From contig KV454013.1 of assembly GCA_001661245.1 (NCBI GenBank), positions 563,981-627,980 of the forward strand: a stretch of 64,000 bases of DNA, given 5' to 3'. Shown one piece after another: positions 37,636 to 50,500 of this stretch. Both the position numbers and the translations under genes were made by a program. How positions within the stretch are numbered: the first letter of the stretch is position 1; each line of letters opens with the position of its first letter. The notes beneath the pieces were generated by a model. It did no database searches and was not told the origin of the DNA. It saw nothing but the letters and a program-made list of their open reading frames with translations. Source of the DNA: Pachysolen tannophilus NRRL Y-2460 (lineage: Eukaryota).

Positions 37636-39228
37636 ATGTCAGTTACAGAAAAAGAGGTGGGCAGCCAAAATGTCACTGAGTTCAAGAATGATAACAGCTC
37701 CAATAGCACTATTCCGTTAATGGATGTGGAGGATCAGAGTAGCGAGAGTCTCAACGAGAAAGATATGTTGGGACTTGAAGGTGATGATTATGTACTTGCC
37801 AAGAAAATGTCGCTAGTTAATGATGCTTTAGATGAAATAGGTTTTACACCTTATCACTTGAAATTGTTTTTCCTTAACGGTATGGGATATTCAACTGATT
37901 CTCAGTTGACTATGTTACAGTCTACTGTTGATACATATATTAACTATCAGTTTAAACAAGGTTTTTCTTCTTCGACAGTGTCACTTTATGTTGGACTTCT
38001 TGTAGGTGCTATTGTATGGGGGTTTAGTGCTGATTTAATTGGTAGGAAAATTGCTTTCAACACTTCTTTATTTCTTTCAGCAGTCTTCAGTTTCTTGGCT
38101 GGAACTATGGGTAATTATGGTACATACTGTTTATTTGTTGCCTTAAGTGCTGCAGCTTGTGGTGGTAATTTAGTCTTGGATACCACTGTTTTTCTTGAAT
38201 TTTTACCACATAACAAACATTGGATGGTTACTTTTTTTGCCTTTTGGTGGGGAATTGGCCAAACAGTTGCTGTACTGATTGCCTGGCCCTTCTTGGTTCA
38301 TTATAGTTGTTCAGATACCGATAATTGTTTATCAGGTGACAATCATGGCTGGAGGTATACTTGGTTTGTTAACTCGGCAATAGTTTTAATATTAGCAATT
38401 GCTCGTGTAACTGTGGTTCGTCTTGAAGAAACTCCAAAATTTTTAATTTCAAATAAACGTGATGTCGAATGCATTAGAAATTTACACCGTATTGCAGATA
38501 AATATGGACGCTCTTGTTCTCTTACTCTTGAAAAATTGGAAGCTTGTGGTAGAATTAAATCTAATGATAGTTTTAAAAATGCGCATTCAATGGCTGAAGT
38601 TTATGATCTAGTTAAAGGTCACATAAAAGTTTTGTTTGCAAATAAAACCATTGCTCGTTCTACTTCATTGGTCATTTTGTCCTGGACGCTTTTAGGTATC
38701 GCTTACCCATTATACAGTAATTTCCTTCCTGTATATTTGGAGAGTCGTAGTGCTGCAGTAGGATCGACTTCAGTGAATGAAACATATCGTAATAACGTTA
38801 TCACAAATGCTTTCAGTACTCTCGGACCTATACTTGGAGCCTTGTTATTGATGATACCACGAGTAGGTCATAGGGGTTGTATGGCAATTGGTGGTATAAG
38901 TTCAATGGCTCTCTTTTTTGGTTATACCGCAGTTCGTACAGAATTGCAAAATGTTGCATTGTCAAGTGCCAGTTACATTACAATGTTCACCTATTATGGC
39001 TGCCTCTACGCCTACACTCCAGAAGTTTTACCTTCTTCAGCCAGAGGTACTGGTAATGCTATTGCCATTGCTTGTACAAGATTAATGGGAGCTATTGTTC
39101 CTGTGATTGCATATTTTGCAAATACCAGTACAAGTATACCAATTTGGATCTGTGGTGCAGCAATTGGTATAATTGGTTTTGCTGCATTATTTTTCCCGTT
39201 CGACCCTTCTACAAAAAGAGTTGTTTAA
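37636..39228 (+). CDS. MFS transporter, SV2/SVOP-like sugar-porter relative; substrate unknown
   Basis: About 12 hydrophobic segments. ADLIGRK, GGNLVLDTTVFLEFLP, ETPKFL and YAYTPEVLPSSARGTG motifs. Confidence 0.85.
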   Translation: MSVTEKEVGSQNVTEFKNDNSSNSTIPLMDVEDQSSESLNEKDMLGLEGDDYVLAKKMSLVNDALDEIGFTPYHLKLFFLNGMGYSTDSQLTMLQSTVDTYINYQFKQGFSSSTVSLYVGLLVGAIVWGFSADLIGRKIAFNTSLFLSAVFSFLAGTMGNYGTYCLFVALSAAACGGNLVLDTTVFLEFLPHNKHWMVTFFAFWWGIGQTVAVLIAWPFLVHYSCSDTDNCLSGDNHGWRYTWFVNSAIVLILAIARVTVVRLEETPKFLISNKRDVECIRNLHRIADKYGRSCSLTLEKLEACGRIKSNDSFKNAHSMAEVYDLVKGHIKVLFANKTIARSTSLVILSWTLLGIAYPLYSNFLPVYLESRSAAVGSTSVNETYRNNVITNAFSTLGPILGALLLMIPRVGHRGCMAIGGISSMALFFGYTAVRTELQNVALSSASYITMFTYYGCLYAYTPEVLPSSARGTGNAIAIACTRLMGAIVPVIAYFANTSTSIPIWICGAAIGIIGFAALFFPFDPSTKRVV

Positions 39229-39616
39229 AACTGTTTAAAATAACCGCTAATATTAATTTTAGAAGAACGATAACAGACAAGTTGTTCTGTTATTACTTAT
39301 TTATTTCAATTCTTATATAATTCATTATAATAGACCGATATTGCTTAATATATTCTGTAAAATTTTCCAATATTGAAGAGTACTAAAATGCCATATAAAT
39401 GATAATTAATATTAAAATGTATATAAAAAGTATATAAAATAAACCCGATTCAAAATCTAATGATGACTATAAAATGTGATATTGTTCAAAAAAATTATAC
39501 AAATAATACAGTAATAAATGACAAAAGAAATTTAGCAAAATATATAATGATACGAATATATTTTTAAAATACTAAATTTCTTTAGTCGAATTATAAAGAT
39601 GATAACTTTTTCAAAC

Positions 39617-42600
39617 TTAATCTGAAAAATTGAAATCGTCTTCATCGCTATTTTTATTACTAGTACTCTCATTATTATTTCCAGGAGGAGACCTATTCGC
39701 CCATTCCGTTAACAAATCCTCAAATATACTATTGACATTATCATCTGGAATTGGCTGCTGAATACTGGTAGAACTAATTCCATATTGATTCTGTTGAGGC
39801 TGTTGTTGTTGATCCAGACTTCCTGACTCTTGCAGCTGTTGAGCATTATTGCCACTTGCAATGTTAACACTATTATTCATAGTATTAAGATTCGTTGACG
39901 ACAATCCTGAAGGAATGTGATAAAGACTAGAAGTTGGCGATGGTTGTAAAGATACATTTGAATTGTTAACCATGTTTCCAGTAGCAATATTATTGTTGTT
40001 ATGAGCTTCCTCTGATGGAGTTACGTTAGACAACGGAGAATTATTCTTATTCCTGTTTGACGTGTTCATATTAGCTCCATAACTGCTATTCGATGATAAA
40101 CCAGGACTACTGCTATGACTAAAATTATTACTTCCAGTATTATTTGGATTCATGTAGGGAGGTAAAAATCTTCCAAAAATTTTGGTATCCAACTGATCCA
40201 TCATACCAGGTACATACCTTCTCTTGCTGATTGGAAGTGAAGATTCACGTTTTGGTTGCTGACCTTGCAGTGGCTGGTACTGTTGTTGCTGTTGTTGTTG
40301 TTGAGGATCCTGGTTCTGCTGCTGTTGTTGGTGATGTTGCTGCTGTTGTGGAGAATATCCAAATGGTGAATTTACATATTCCTGATTTGGAGTTGGCGCA
40401 GAAATATTCAAACTTATTCCCGTGTTAATACCATCAATATAATTCACTCCATTAACTATGTTATTGATACTTGAATTCTCACTCTTCTTCCCAGTAATAT
40501 TCAACGGTAGCCTTGGTGTATTCACAGTACTACTACCAATCAGATTATCTAATGCTTGTAAATTCAGGTTACTGTTATTTTCCAATTTAACACCATCTGG
40601 ATTTTGATAATTCATCTGCTGAGTACCTTCAAACTGTATCTCACCTTGAGCATTTGAATCAAAGGGACGAGAACGGACTGTAGAATTGATTTGTAGAGTA
40701 TCACCATTAATACCATTTTTATTTCCACTATTATTACTGCTATTAACTATATTAGTTTTGTTACCATTATTAGAATTTGTAGGTGTTGCAGGATGGAAAT
40801 TTGCAGTTCTTCTATTCAACTGTTCAAATAAAGAGTTCAATATGTTATAAGTTCTTCTTGCTGCCATACTACTGTCTTTCAAAAGATTCAAAAGTCTTTT
40901 ACCCATTTCAGCATCTTGTTTGATAGCGATATATTCTTGGTCAATTTCTCCTTTTGAATTCAACTGTGGTGATGAGTGAACATAAAAGACCAAACATGCT
41001 ACAGAAAAAAATATTGTGTAGATCGAAAACCAGTAAGATCCACTTAACATATGTTTGTTGATCATATCCTGTGCTAATTTTACTACAATTCTTGCAACAT
41101 TAATACAATTTTTCAGTTTTTCAATTGATTTTAAATCGTCACTATTATTTGAATTTGTAAACTGTTGTAAATAATCTGCAGATATGTAATGAATAAATGG
41201 ACGATAAAGAATAATTTTAACATGAAGATATGCAATATGTAAAAGTCTGTTTGCCTTAAAATATTGTGGTTCTGGTTCAATCCCTGGTTTCAATTCTAAT
41301 GGAAGTTCATTGACCCAGTTTTGTAAATCCAATTCCAATTCATATACAACATTATTCAGAGATAAATGTACGAAATTTTCAGAAGGTTTAATTGGATATA
41401 ATTTTTTAACTATTTTTTTCATAACAAATATTAATTTTGTATGAGCATTTGCAATTCCTGCACTTGAAAGTCTACCCTTTTGATTATCATAAATGTAACC
41501 AGTTTCAGTAATATTTTCATCATCCAATTCTGAAGGTAAATCTTGATCAAAATCTTCTTCACTAATAGTTCGTGGTAATCCTAACATTGCATTCACATAA
41601 ATATCCATCTTATAAATAGTCCAAAAAATTCTTTTCCTAATTTCCAATTCGATTGGATTAAAAGGATAATCTAATTTTCTATGTAAACCTTCTCTTAATG
41701 CTGCTCTTAACAGTATACCGATATATGAATAACAAGTTGATAATCTTGCTCCACACTGTAAGAATAAGATTAACATTACTATTGTTTGAATACCATAAAT
41801 ATCTCTTGTATCTGTTATATCTATTAATTTTCTTGCTGCAATAAAATATTTATAACCTTCATCATCTAATAAATCTCTATCACTTTTTTCATCATTATTA
41901 TTATTATTATTCCTAACATTATTCTTCGTATCTTGAGCACTTTTATAAAATAAAGAACCACATGCCATTACAGAATATACAAGTGGTAAAAATCGTTGTT
42001 GTTGATTTGAATAATTTGCTGGGTCTGTTTCATATAACACATTAAGATCTTTAATAAAACTTGGTCTATGATAAAATCTGAATAAGACACAAGCATTATC
42101 CCAAGTATTTGAAATAAGTTTTAAAGCAATATCTTTTGGAGGAAGAATGATTTTAATTTCTTTACCCATATGAGATTCTATTGAACCATCAATGGCCAGT
42201 TGAGGTGTAGGTTGATTTGATGGAGGAGCTGTTGGAGCTGAAGAAGGTGAATGAGTATATGGTATTCCATTATTAATATTATTTTTCTTATTTGCCAAAT
42301 TATAAGTATCAGTAATATATTTTAAAGAAATATCTTCATCTTTTTTTTCATTTTTAACTTGACTTAATACATTTGTTAATTTAATAACATTTATCTCTTG
42401 ATTTTGTCTATTAACTTTTAAATCTGGTAATAATTTTTCCACAAAATGTTGATAATTATTAAGTTTTCTTGTTAATTGGTTCAATACTTCTTGTGGGTCT
42501 TGTTGTAAGACTGGAGTTGAAGGAGAAGGTTCATTTGTATTTCCTGTACTCGTACCCCCTGCACCAGCTCCAGCACCAGTACTTGTAGCAACTCCATTAC

Positions 42601-43324
42601 TATTATTACTATTACTATTACTATTATTATTATTATTATTATTACTATTGTTATTGGCATTATTGGCATTATTCGAATCAGTGGTATTATTACTATTACA
42701 GGTCCCAGAATGAAGTGCAGACGCCAGCGAGTGCAACCCTCCTGTCAGTGATTGCAGAATTCCTGTTTGTGATGAATTAACCGCTGTTGTCTTTCTCCTA
42801 CTTGAAGGCTGATTATAAGTACATTCATATGAATATACAGTACAATGAATACAAGGTTGTTGACCATCACATTTTACCTTTTTCTTTCTACATTCATCAC
42901 AAGCTCTAGTAACCCTTCTTCTTTTTTGATTAATAAGATTTGGATGACCATGATGACCACTTAAATTATTACCGCCTCCACCTCCATAACCATTATCATG
43001 AATCAGCAGATTAGATTCCATATTTCCCAGATTATAATATAATCCAGTATTTGAATTTAATTGTTGATTTTTCCCATGAAATGAATCTGAACCGCCGTTA
43101 CCATTTCCTATTCCATTTCCTATTCCATTCCCATTCCCATTCCCATTGCCTACTTGAATCGTATTTGGAAGTAAAATCGGTGGTGGAGGTTGATCAGAAC
43201 CTATTGAATAAGAATTTTGGAAAATTGAAGGAGGATTAGGAGTACAACTCCTACTAACAATAACATTATTATTTGAAGGATCTGAAGGATCTGAATTCTT
43301 CCGCTTACTCATTGTTTTCCCCAT
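39617..43324 (-). CDS. ASG1: Zn(II)2Cys6 transcription factor of the Asg1 (Trm1/Prm1-like) family
   Basis: RRRVTRACDECRKKKVKCDGQQPCIHCTVYSYECTY, a fungal TF middle domain and YVPGMMDQLD..IFGRFLPPY. First ATG at 43324 (alternative 43312). Divergent from the forkhead gene, as ASG1/FKH1 are in S. cerevisiae. Confidence 0.88.
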   Translation of the reverse strand: MGKTMSKRKNSDPSDPSNNNVIVSRSCTPNPPSIFQNSYSIGSDQPPPPILLPNTIQVGNGNGNGNGIGNGIGNGNGGSDSFHGKNQQLNSNTGLYYNLGNMESNLLIHDNGYGGGGGNNLSGHHGHPNLINQKRRRVTRACDECRKKKVKCDGQQPCIHCTVYSYECTYNQPSSRRKTTAVNSSQTGILQSLTGGLHSLASALHSGTCNSNNTTDSNNANNANNNSNNNNNNNSNSNSNNSNGVATSTGAGAGAGGTSTGNTNEPSPSTPVLQQDPQEVLNQLTRKLNNYQHFVEKLLPDLKVNRQNQEINVIKLTNVLSQVKNEKKDEDISLKYITDTYNLANKKNNINNGIPYTHSPSSAPTAPPSNQPTPQLAIDGSIESHMGKEIKIILPPKDIALKLISNTWDNACVLFRFYHRPSFIKDLNVLYETDPANYSNQQQRFLPLVYSVMACGSLFYKSAQDTKNNVRNNNNNNDEKSDRDLLDDEGYKYFIAARKLIDITDTRDIYGIQTIVMLILFLQCGARLSTCYSYIGILLRAALREGLHRKLDYPFNPIELEIRKRIFWTIYKMDIYVNAMLGLPRTISEEDFDQDLPSELDDENITETGYIYDNQKGRLSSAGIANAHTKLIFVMKKIVKKLYPIKPSENFVHLSLNNVVYELELDLQNWVNELPLELKPGIEPEPQYFKANRLLHIAYLHVKIILYRPFIHYISADYLQQFTNSNNSDDLKSIEKLKNCINVARIVVKLAQDMINKHMLSGSYWFSIYTIFFSVACLVFYVHSSPQLNSKGEIDQEYIAIKQDAEMGKRLLNLLKDSSMAARRTYNILNSLFEQLNRRTANFHPATPTNSNNGNKTNIVNSSNNSGNKNGINGDTLQINSTVRSRPFDSNAQGEIQFEGTQQMNYQNPDGVKLENNSNLNLQALDNLIGSSTVNTPRLPLNITGKKSENSSINNIVNGVNYIDGINTGISLNISAPTPNQEYVNSPFGYSPQQQQHHQQQQQNQDPQQQQQQQQYQPLQGQQPKRESSLPISKRRYVPGMMDQLDTKIFGRFLPPYMNPNNTGSNNFSHSSSPGLSSNSSYGANMNTSNRNKNNSPLSNVTPSEEAHNNNNIATGNMVNNSNVSLQPSPTSSLYHIPSGLSSTNLNTMNNSVNIASGNNAQQLQESGSLDQQQQPQQNQYGISSTSIQQPIPDDNVNSIFEDLLTEWANRSPPGNNNESTSNKNSDEDDFNFSD

Positions 43325-43393
43325 ACATGTATAGTTTTTTTTTTTTGCTTTCTTTTCTTTCTTTCTCAAACCACTTGTTTCCCTTACTTTATC

Positions 43394-43429
<36 letters not shown>

Positions 43430-43965
43430 TATTAAAAAATATTGTATCCCCCTCTTTAGATAACAAAATAACAAGTTTTCGCTTATTTTTGGTATTTTAT
43501 AGTTGATGGGTTTTTTTTTTATTTCTTTCTTTCTTTAAGGAAAAATTTTGCGGGTGAAATCTGGAAAAAAAAAAAAAAAAAACTAAAAAGAGAAAACAAA
43601 GAAGAGCAATTTAAGGGCTGTTGTGCGCTTATTCTTATTAGTTTTTAATTAGTTTTTTATTCTTTTAATATAATACTGTGTTTCGAGGGCTGTGGGGGTG
43701 GTGACCCTCACGCAATTTATAAATGTTTAAGCTGTCATATAACGACAAATGACAAATAGTCATTTTTCGTCATCAGGTTGTGTCACAAGTCGTTTAAAAA
43801 AAAAAAAAATAATTTATATTCATCCATTTCAGCCCTTGTTTCCTAATCAGTTTATTAATTGTTTGTAAGTACTTGCACGACTTATAATTAGGGGCTGTAT
43901 AGTATCGTGTTTTTTTTTTTTTTTTCTTTCTTCTCTCCCGGGTCGTGTGGGCGGCTCCAAATTCG

Positions 43966-44520
43966 NNNNNNNNNNNNNNNNNNNNNNNNNNNNNNNNNNN
44001 NNNNNNNNNNNNNNNNNNNNNNNNNNNNNNNNNNNNNNNNNNNNNNNNNNNNNNNNNNNNNNNNNNNNNNNNNNNNNNNNNNNNNNNNNNNNNNNNNNNN
44101 NNNNNNNNNNNNNNNNNNNNNNNNNNNNNNNNNNNNNNNNNNNNNNNNNNNNNNNNNNNNNNNNNNNNNNNNNNNNNNNNNNNNNNNNNNNNNNNNNNNN
44201 NNNNNNNNNNNNNNNNNNNNNNNNNNNNNNNNNNNNNNNNNNNNNNNNNNNNNNNNNNNNNNNNNNNNNNNNNNNNNNNNNNNNNNNNNNNNNNNNNNNN
44301 NNNNNNNNNNNNNNNNNNNNNNNNNNNNNNNNNNNNNNNNNNNNNNNNNNNNNNNNNNNNNNNNNNNNNNNNNNNNNNNNNNNNNNNNNNNNNNNNNNNN
44401 NNNNNNNNNNNNNNNNNNNNNNNNNNNNNNNNNNNNNNNNNNNNNNNNNNNNNNNNNNNNNNNNNNNNNNNNNNNNNNNNNNNNNNNNNNNNNNNNNNNN
44501 NNNNNNNNNNNNNNNNNNNN
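43966..44520. other. Assembly gap (N run)
   Basis: Run of N. Confidence 1.
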
Positions 44521-44672
44521 TTTTTTTTTTTTTTTTTATATTATTTAATATTTTATATTTTTGTTTTGTTTTTTTCGTTTTCGTTTTCTAATTGATTAGT
44601 GGATTATTATTATTATTATTATTATTATTATTTATTTTTACGCTGGCGTTTAAATTCAGTTTAAACAAAAAG

Positions 44673-44680
44673 GTAAACAA
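44673..44680 (+). promoter_or_regulatory. Forkhead binding consensus GTAAACAA upstream of the forkhead gene
   Basis: Exact Fkh1/2 consensus about 65 bp before the ATG. Confidence 0.45.
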
Positions 44681-44743
44681 TAAAAAGAGAAATATTAAAA
44701 ATTGCATTTGAGAATAAATATTATAAAGTTATAATTTCTCGAT

Positions 44744-46708
44744 ATGGCAATGAAAGAAGAAGAATCAGTAAGTTATTTTTTATTTAATTTAAATTTAAAA
44801 TTGATTGATTGATGGCAAATCAATCATTATTTAATGAAAAAGAAAAAAAATACTAACTATTTTTTTTTTAATTTTTTTTTATTTATATAGATCATACCTT
44901 ATGATGATCCGAATGAATTAATAAATCAAGTTATTTCAACATTGGCGGTCCCTGCAGATAGTGAAGAAACAAACGTGTCAAGACAATACAATAATAGTAA
45001 AAATGATCAAAATGAAATCCAAGCTTATGCAAAGATTGCTGGAAAAGATTGGACATATTATGTTAAAGCTCTTGTTGTATCTATAGGTAGAAATACAGAT
45101 AGTGATAGAGATGATGAATCTGTTGATATTGATTTAGGACCTTCAAAAGTTGTTAGTAGAAGACATGCAGTAATAAGTTATAATTTAACTCAAAGAAAAT
45201 GGGAATTAAAAGTTTTGGGAAGAAATGGATTAAAAATTGATGGAGTTAGAGCACAAAATCCAGGAGCTGATAGTGAAGCAATTTCTTTACAATCTGGTAA
45301 TATTGTAGATATTGGTGGTACACAAATGATGTTTATATTACCAGATTCAAGTCCAGTAATTGCAAGACATTTTTTAGAAAATTTAAAACAATTAAGAAAA
45401 AATAATACATTGGATTTATCTCGTTTCCCAGGATATGAAAATTCAATAATAGGTGGAAATTCAAATTTAAAAGGTTTCCAAATTTTTAATAAATCACAAT
45501 TAAATGATGGTAATACTCATAGTTCATCACCAGGAAGTAAAATTGGTGAACAAGATTTATCAAAAGATGAATCAAAAGATATAAAACCTCCATTTTCATA
45601 TGCAACTATGATAACACAAGCAATCTTGTCAAATTCAGAAGGTATATTATCACTTTCAGAAATTTATGATTGGATTCTGTCTCATTATGCATATTATCGT
45701 CATTCAAAAACTGGTTGGCAAAATTCAATTAGACATAATTTATCTTTAAATAAAGCTTTTGAAAAAGTTCCAAGAAAACCAAATGAACCTGGGAAAGGAA
45801 TGAAATGGTGTATTTCACCAGCATATAAAAATGAATTTTTGAAAAAATATGAAAATGGTGGAATTAAAGCAAGAAGAGGTTCAAGTGTTACTAGACAACT
45901 TCATTTACATCTATTAAGAAATAAAAAATTACCAGAAGATTCACTGTTTCAAAATAATATTACTACTCCTAATACTACTACAACAACAACAACAACAAAC
46001 CCACTCCCATCCTTGAATATAAATGCGAATAATCATCACCAACTAGATCTACTACCAAAACCACCACAAATACAAATCAAGAATATGCAACAATTGTCCC
46101 AGCAACAGCAATATCATCACCAGCTCCCTATGCATGCAGCTGCAAGTGCCTACCTGTATCCTCCGCTGTACCAACAATTGCAACCTGCTCCTACAATCCA
46201 CCAGGCATTACAACATCAACAACAACAACCACCACCACAAATGATGATTAACACTTATAGTAATGGCATGCTTGGAAGTTTCCATAATGGATCAGCTGAT
46301 CTTAAAAGTAATGGCATCAATGCTACCAATAACAACAATGGCAATGGCAATGTCAATAGAAATGGAAATGGAAATGGAAACATAATCAATCAAACCCATG
46401 TAAGATTACCGCCTCCAACAACAGCTACTAATACTTCCAACAACAACAATACCACGATGACGGGTACAGCTACTTCAAATTCATCTTCAGATCCTACGCC
46501 TAATAACAATATTTTAGCTACCCCTAATGAAAAGAGACAATTATTACCAAATGGCCTATCCTCGCCACAAGCTTTATTAAGTGCAGAACGTGGAGCTGGT
46601 GGTAATGGTAAAAATAATTTTGGAGATTTTGTTTATTCATCACCAACTAAAGACCATCAGGATTTAGATTTAAATCTTGACGTTGCAAAATTGGGAGGTG
46701 ATCATTAA
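44744..46708 (+). CDS. FKH2: FHA plus forkhead transcription factor (Fkh1/Fkh2 orthologue); join(44744..44767,44891..46708)
   Basis: QAYAKIAGKDWTYYVK, IDLGPSKVVSRRHA, GRNG and KPPFSYATMITQAI..GWQNSIRHNLSLN. Intron GTAAGT..TACTAAC..TAG in frame. Confidence 0.9.
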
Positions 46709-47564
46709 TTATTGAATTTTTTTACAAACATAACTCATTTAAGAATGAAAACAAGAAAACAGAAAAAGCATAAAAAAAAATTGTATATGTATATATTTTT
46801 GATAATACAAAATTAAAGATTGGAAATTTTCGAGTTCATCAGTTCATGAATTTTTTTTTTATTTTTTTATTTTTATTTTTATTTCACGGAAGAGCAAGAG
46901 CATTTGTAACTGTTCTGTATTTTTTTCATCTTTTTGATTGTATAACTTTTTTTTCTTTTTTTTTTTATTAATTATTACTTTCTCCATGTATTTTTTAACG
47001 TTTATAATGTTTTCTTTCTTTTTGGTTTCTATTTCGTGTTTCCGGTCTTTCCAAATTTTATACAATGAATGTATCGTCAATTAATCCATTTCTTTTCCTT
47101 TTTTTTTTTTTTTTTTTTGTATCATGATTGTTTTTTTATTTTTGTACGTTTTTTTATTTAAATTTGTCATGTCAATTGTTTAATTTTGCCTTGGTATAAA
47201 TTAATTTTTATTAATTTTTAGCTCGTATTGCCTATTAATGTTTTTAGGCTCTTTTCTGTTCAGCGAGTATCTAGAAAATAAACTGAAACGAAATATACAT
47301 AGAGATAGTTAAAAATTATATTTTTATCAGTTCTTTCTCTAGAGTTAAAAATTACAATGATATATCATTCATTCTAAAAGGGTGATATTATGGATAAAAG
47401 CATTAGTAATTAAATGAATATAAAACAGCAACCACTTATTAAAACAATAAATAATGCAAGTGAAAAATCCGTCTAATGGATTTTATCATTATATATGAAA
47501 AAAAAATAAAAATGAGTAGAAAAAAAAAATATAAATATCTTCAACAAAGTCAACAAAGTTTTGT

Positions 47565-50500
47565 TTAACGACGACGTCTCATCTGTGCCATTTTTCTACC
47601 AGATAAAGGTAATCTTGGATTTGCATTATTTGAGTTATTTCCACTAACCGGAGTCCCCGGACCACCAAAAATGTTATTTGTAACAGGAGTGCCTCCAAAA
47701 ATATTATTCAGCTGTTGCGGTTGAGCACCAAATACATTATTCGTACTATTGGCAGGAGCCCCAGTCTGAAAACTTCCTTGTTGACCAAAAGGAGGATTAG
47801 AAAACACTGGAGTGGAAGAAGTCGAGTTATTATTGACGGCTCCACCAAACACCTGCGATGGATCGAGAGAACCTGAAGCCCCTGTGAAATTAAAATTTGG
47901 AGCTGTGAAGTTTGGAGTTGTAGAACGCGATTGATTAAAAGATGTTCCAGCTGAACCAATTCCACCATTACCAGCAACAGTTGCAGGTTTATTGCCAAAT
48001 TGAAAACCTACAGCTTGTGGTTGTTGCTGCTGATTGCTATTAGTTCCAAATGCTGATGAACCACCAAATTGGTTTCCTGATGTTTGTTGCTGGGTTCCAG
48101 TGCCAAAGAAAGGGGATGATTTTTTCGTTTCGAAACTAGGAGTATTCGATCTTGTATTACTTCCAAAGGCAGGAGTGGCGCTTCTACTACTTCCACCGAA
48201 ACTAAAAGCTGGCTGCGGCTGACTTGTTGGTGCAACTAAGCCACTGGAACCTGCAAATGGCGTAGGCTCTTTCTTATTGTTGTTCAAGCCAGACAGACCA
48301 CCATCTTTATTTCCAAACATAACATTATTGGATTGTGACAGTTGTTTTGTTAATCCCGATTCTGACAACAGTGTTGGAGTTGAAGATTGTCCAAATGAAA
48401 ACAGGGGCTTGGGCTGTTCTTTTTCAGTTTGATCTTTCACCAGAGAGTTGAAAGAAAATGCAGAAGAATTTGTAACTGGTAAAGGTTTTGGGGCCTGTAT
48501 GTTGTTATTAAATGAGATTCCAGATGCGGCCCCTTTGTTTTCATCGGCCGCACCAGTTACATTATTACTAGTAGTTCCGAAAGAAAAAACTTTTTTCGCA
48601 TCACTAACCTTATTTTCTTCCTTTTTACCAAACGAAAATACTGGTGTTGATGTAGTATCTTCATTCAAAGCATTGGAACTCTTCCGTTTATTGTTTTGAG
48701 TAGTTTCTGGAAGTTTAGCAGCAGTATTTTCATCTAAATTAGGAGCAGCACCAAATGAAAAAGCTTTATTTGTGGTGCCAGCTCCTCCCCCAAAATCAAA
48801 AGGTTTTTTAGTTTCGAATAAAGATTCCGACTTGGTTTTATTTTCGTCTGGATTGGAACCAATTACTTTATTGTTATTAGAAAATGCTGAATTTCCAAAT
48901 GAAAAAGTTGATTTCTTAGTTTCTTTATTTTCCACAGAATTTTTCGTATTATCGTCGTTATTATTTGTACTTGAAGTTGACAAATTTGTGTTGCCAAATG
49001 AAAACGAAGGAATCAGTTGCAGTTGGTCCTGATTACTTTTAGTTCCAAATGAAAATGACAGTAAAGGTTTCTGTTCCAATTTTTGTGAATCAGATGGGAA
49101 AGTACTTACAACATTTGAATCTGATTGCTTTTCATTATTGACTAATTTGGATTCTCCAAAATTTACTGAAAATAATGGGTTTTTGTTTGTGCTTGATGGC
49201 TCCTCTTTTTTATCAGTCGTTGAACCAAATAAAGTAGACGAAACAGGTATTTTTACAGTTGCATCAAGTGAAGGTTTTTCACTTTCAACTTGAGGCTTGA
49301 AAGAAAATCCAATAGTTTGATTAGAACCTTCTTCTTTTGTCGGCAATGTAACAGTTTTTGATGGCAGAAACGAGAACGTTGGCTTTTCATTTTCAGTTGA
49401 TTTAGCTGCTCCAGATGATTTGTTTTCGGTGTCGCTCTTCAAGTTCACAAATGACGAAGTGGTATTATTTATCACAGGTACAGACTCCTCATTAGCATTA
49501 ACTGATTCAGATATAATCAAATCTTTGTTTTTTTGTTTTTCTTTACTATCATGATTTCTTTCAATGAAATTAAATCCTGCACTAGGACCGGATATTGGAA
49601 CGTTATCCAGTGATGATATTTTTGATGTGTCTGTCTTTACATTGAAATTAGAATTAGTCTTATTTTCATCTATTTTCAGTTTTTTTAATTGTTGTTGATT
49701 TTCTGATGTTGGAGAAATTGGGTTTTTCTTGTTGTTTTTGTCTAACATGAATACCATTCCAGGAGCTAAATCTTTTATTCCATATTTATTTTTAGTATTA
49801 TCATCAAATGCAATATCTGTAGGTATAATGGTATCATAAAGAGGTGTTGGTTTGGTTATTTCTTGAACTTTCTCTATCTTTTCAACATTATTTTCTTTTT
49901 CATTTTCTTTTCCATTTTCATTTTCATCATTTTCAGAACCGTATAAATACTCTCCACTAAAAGTACCACATGAATTAGAAGTTTCTAAAGCATTACCTTC
50001 ATTCAATTTTCTAAACTTTAAAGGTTGACTATTATTTTCATATTTTAAAGTTGATTTCAATTCTGGTATATAATTTGTTTGAGTAGATGATTCCAGATAT
50101 GTAGAATTTGGTATCCTCTTTGTAGCATTTAAATTATGAAAATTTAAAAAATTGATCCTGTTTTGATAATAAGACTCTAGCTGCATCTGTTTTTTCAATT
50201 GTAATAACTTGTACCTTTCCATTGGCTCCACTCTGGCCAATATTTGTCTCATAAAAGGTATTTCTATTTCATCTTCAACCTCATTTTCTGGTTTAATGCT
50301 AGTATTATTAGGTGATTCTGATCTAATTCTTTTTCTTTCACCACGTCTCTCCAAAGAATCAAATTTTTGGCCATCCTCTTCAACATCTTCCTCTATTTCT
50401 TGTTCTTGTTGCTCTTGTTGCTCTTGTTCTTCCTGTTCTGTTTCTTCATCACTTATTTCCATTTGGCGCCCTTCTTCACCAAGTTGTTCATCATCCATGC

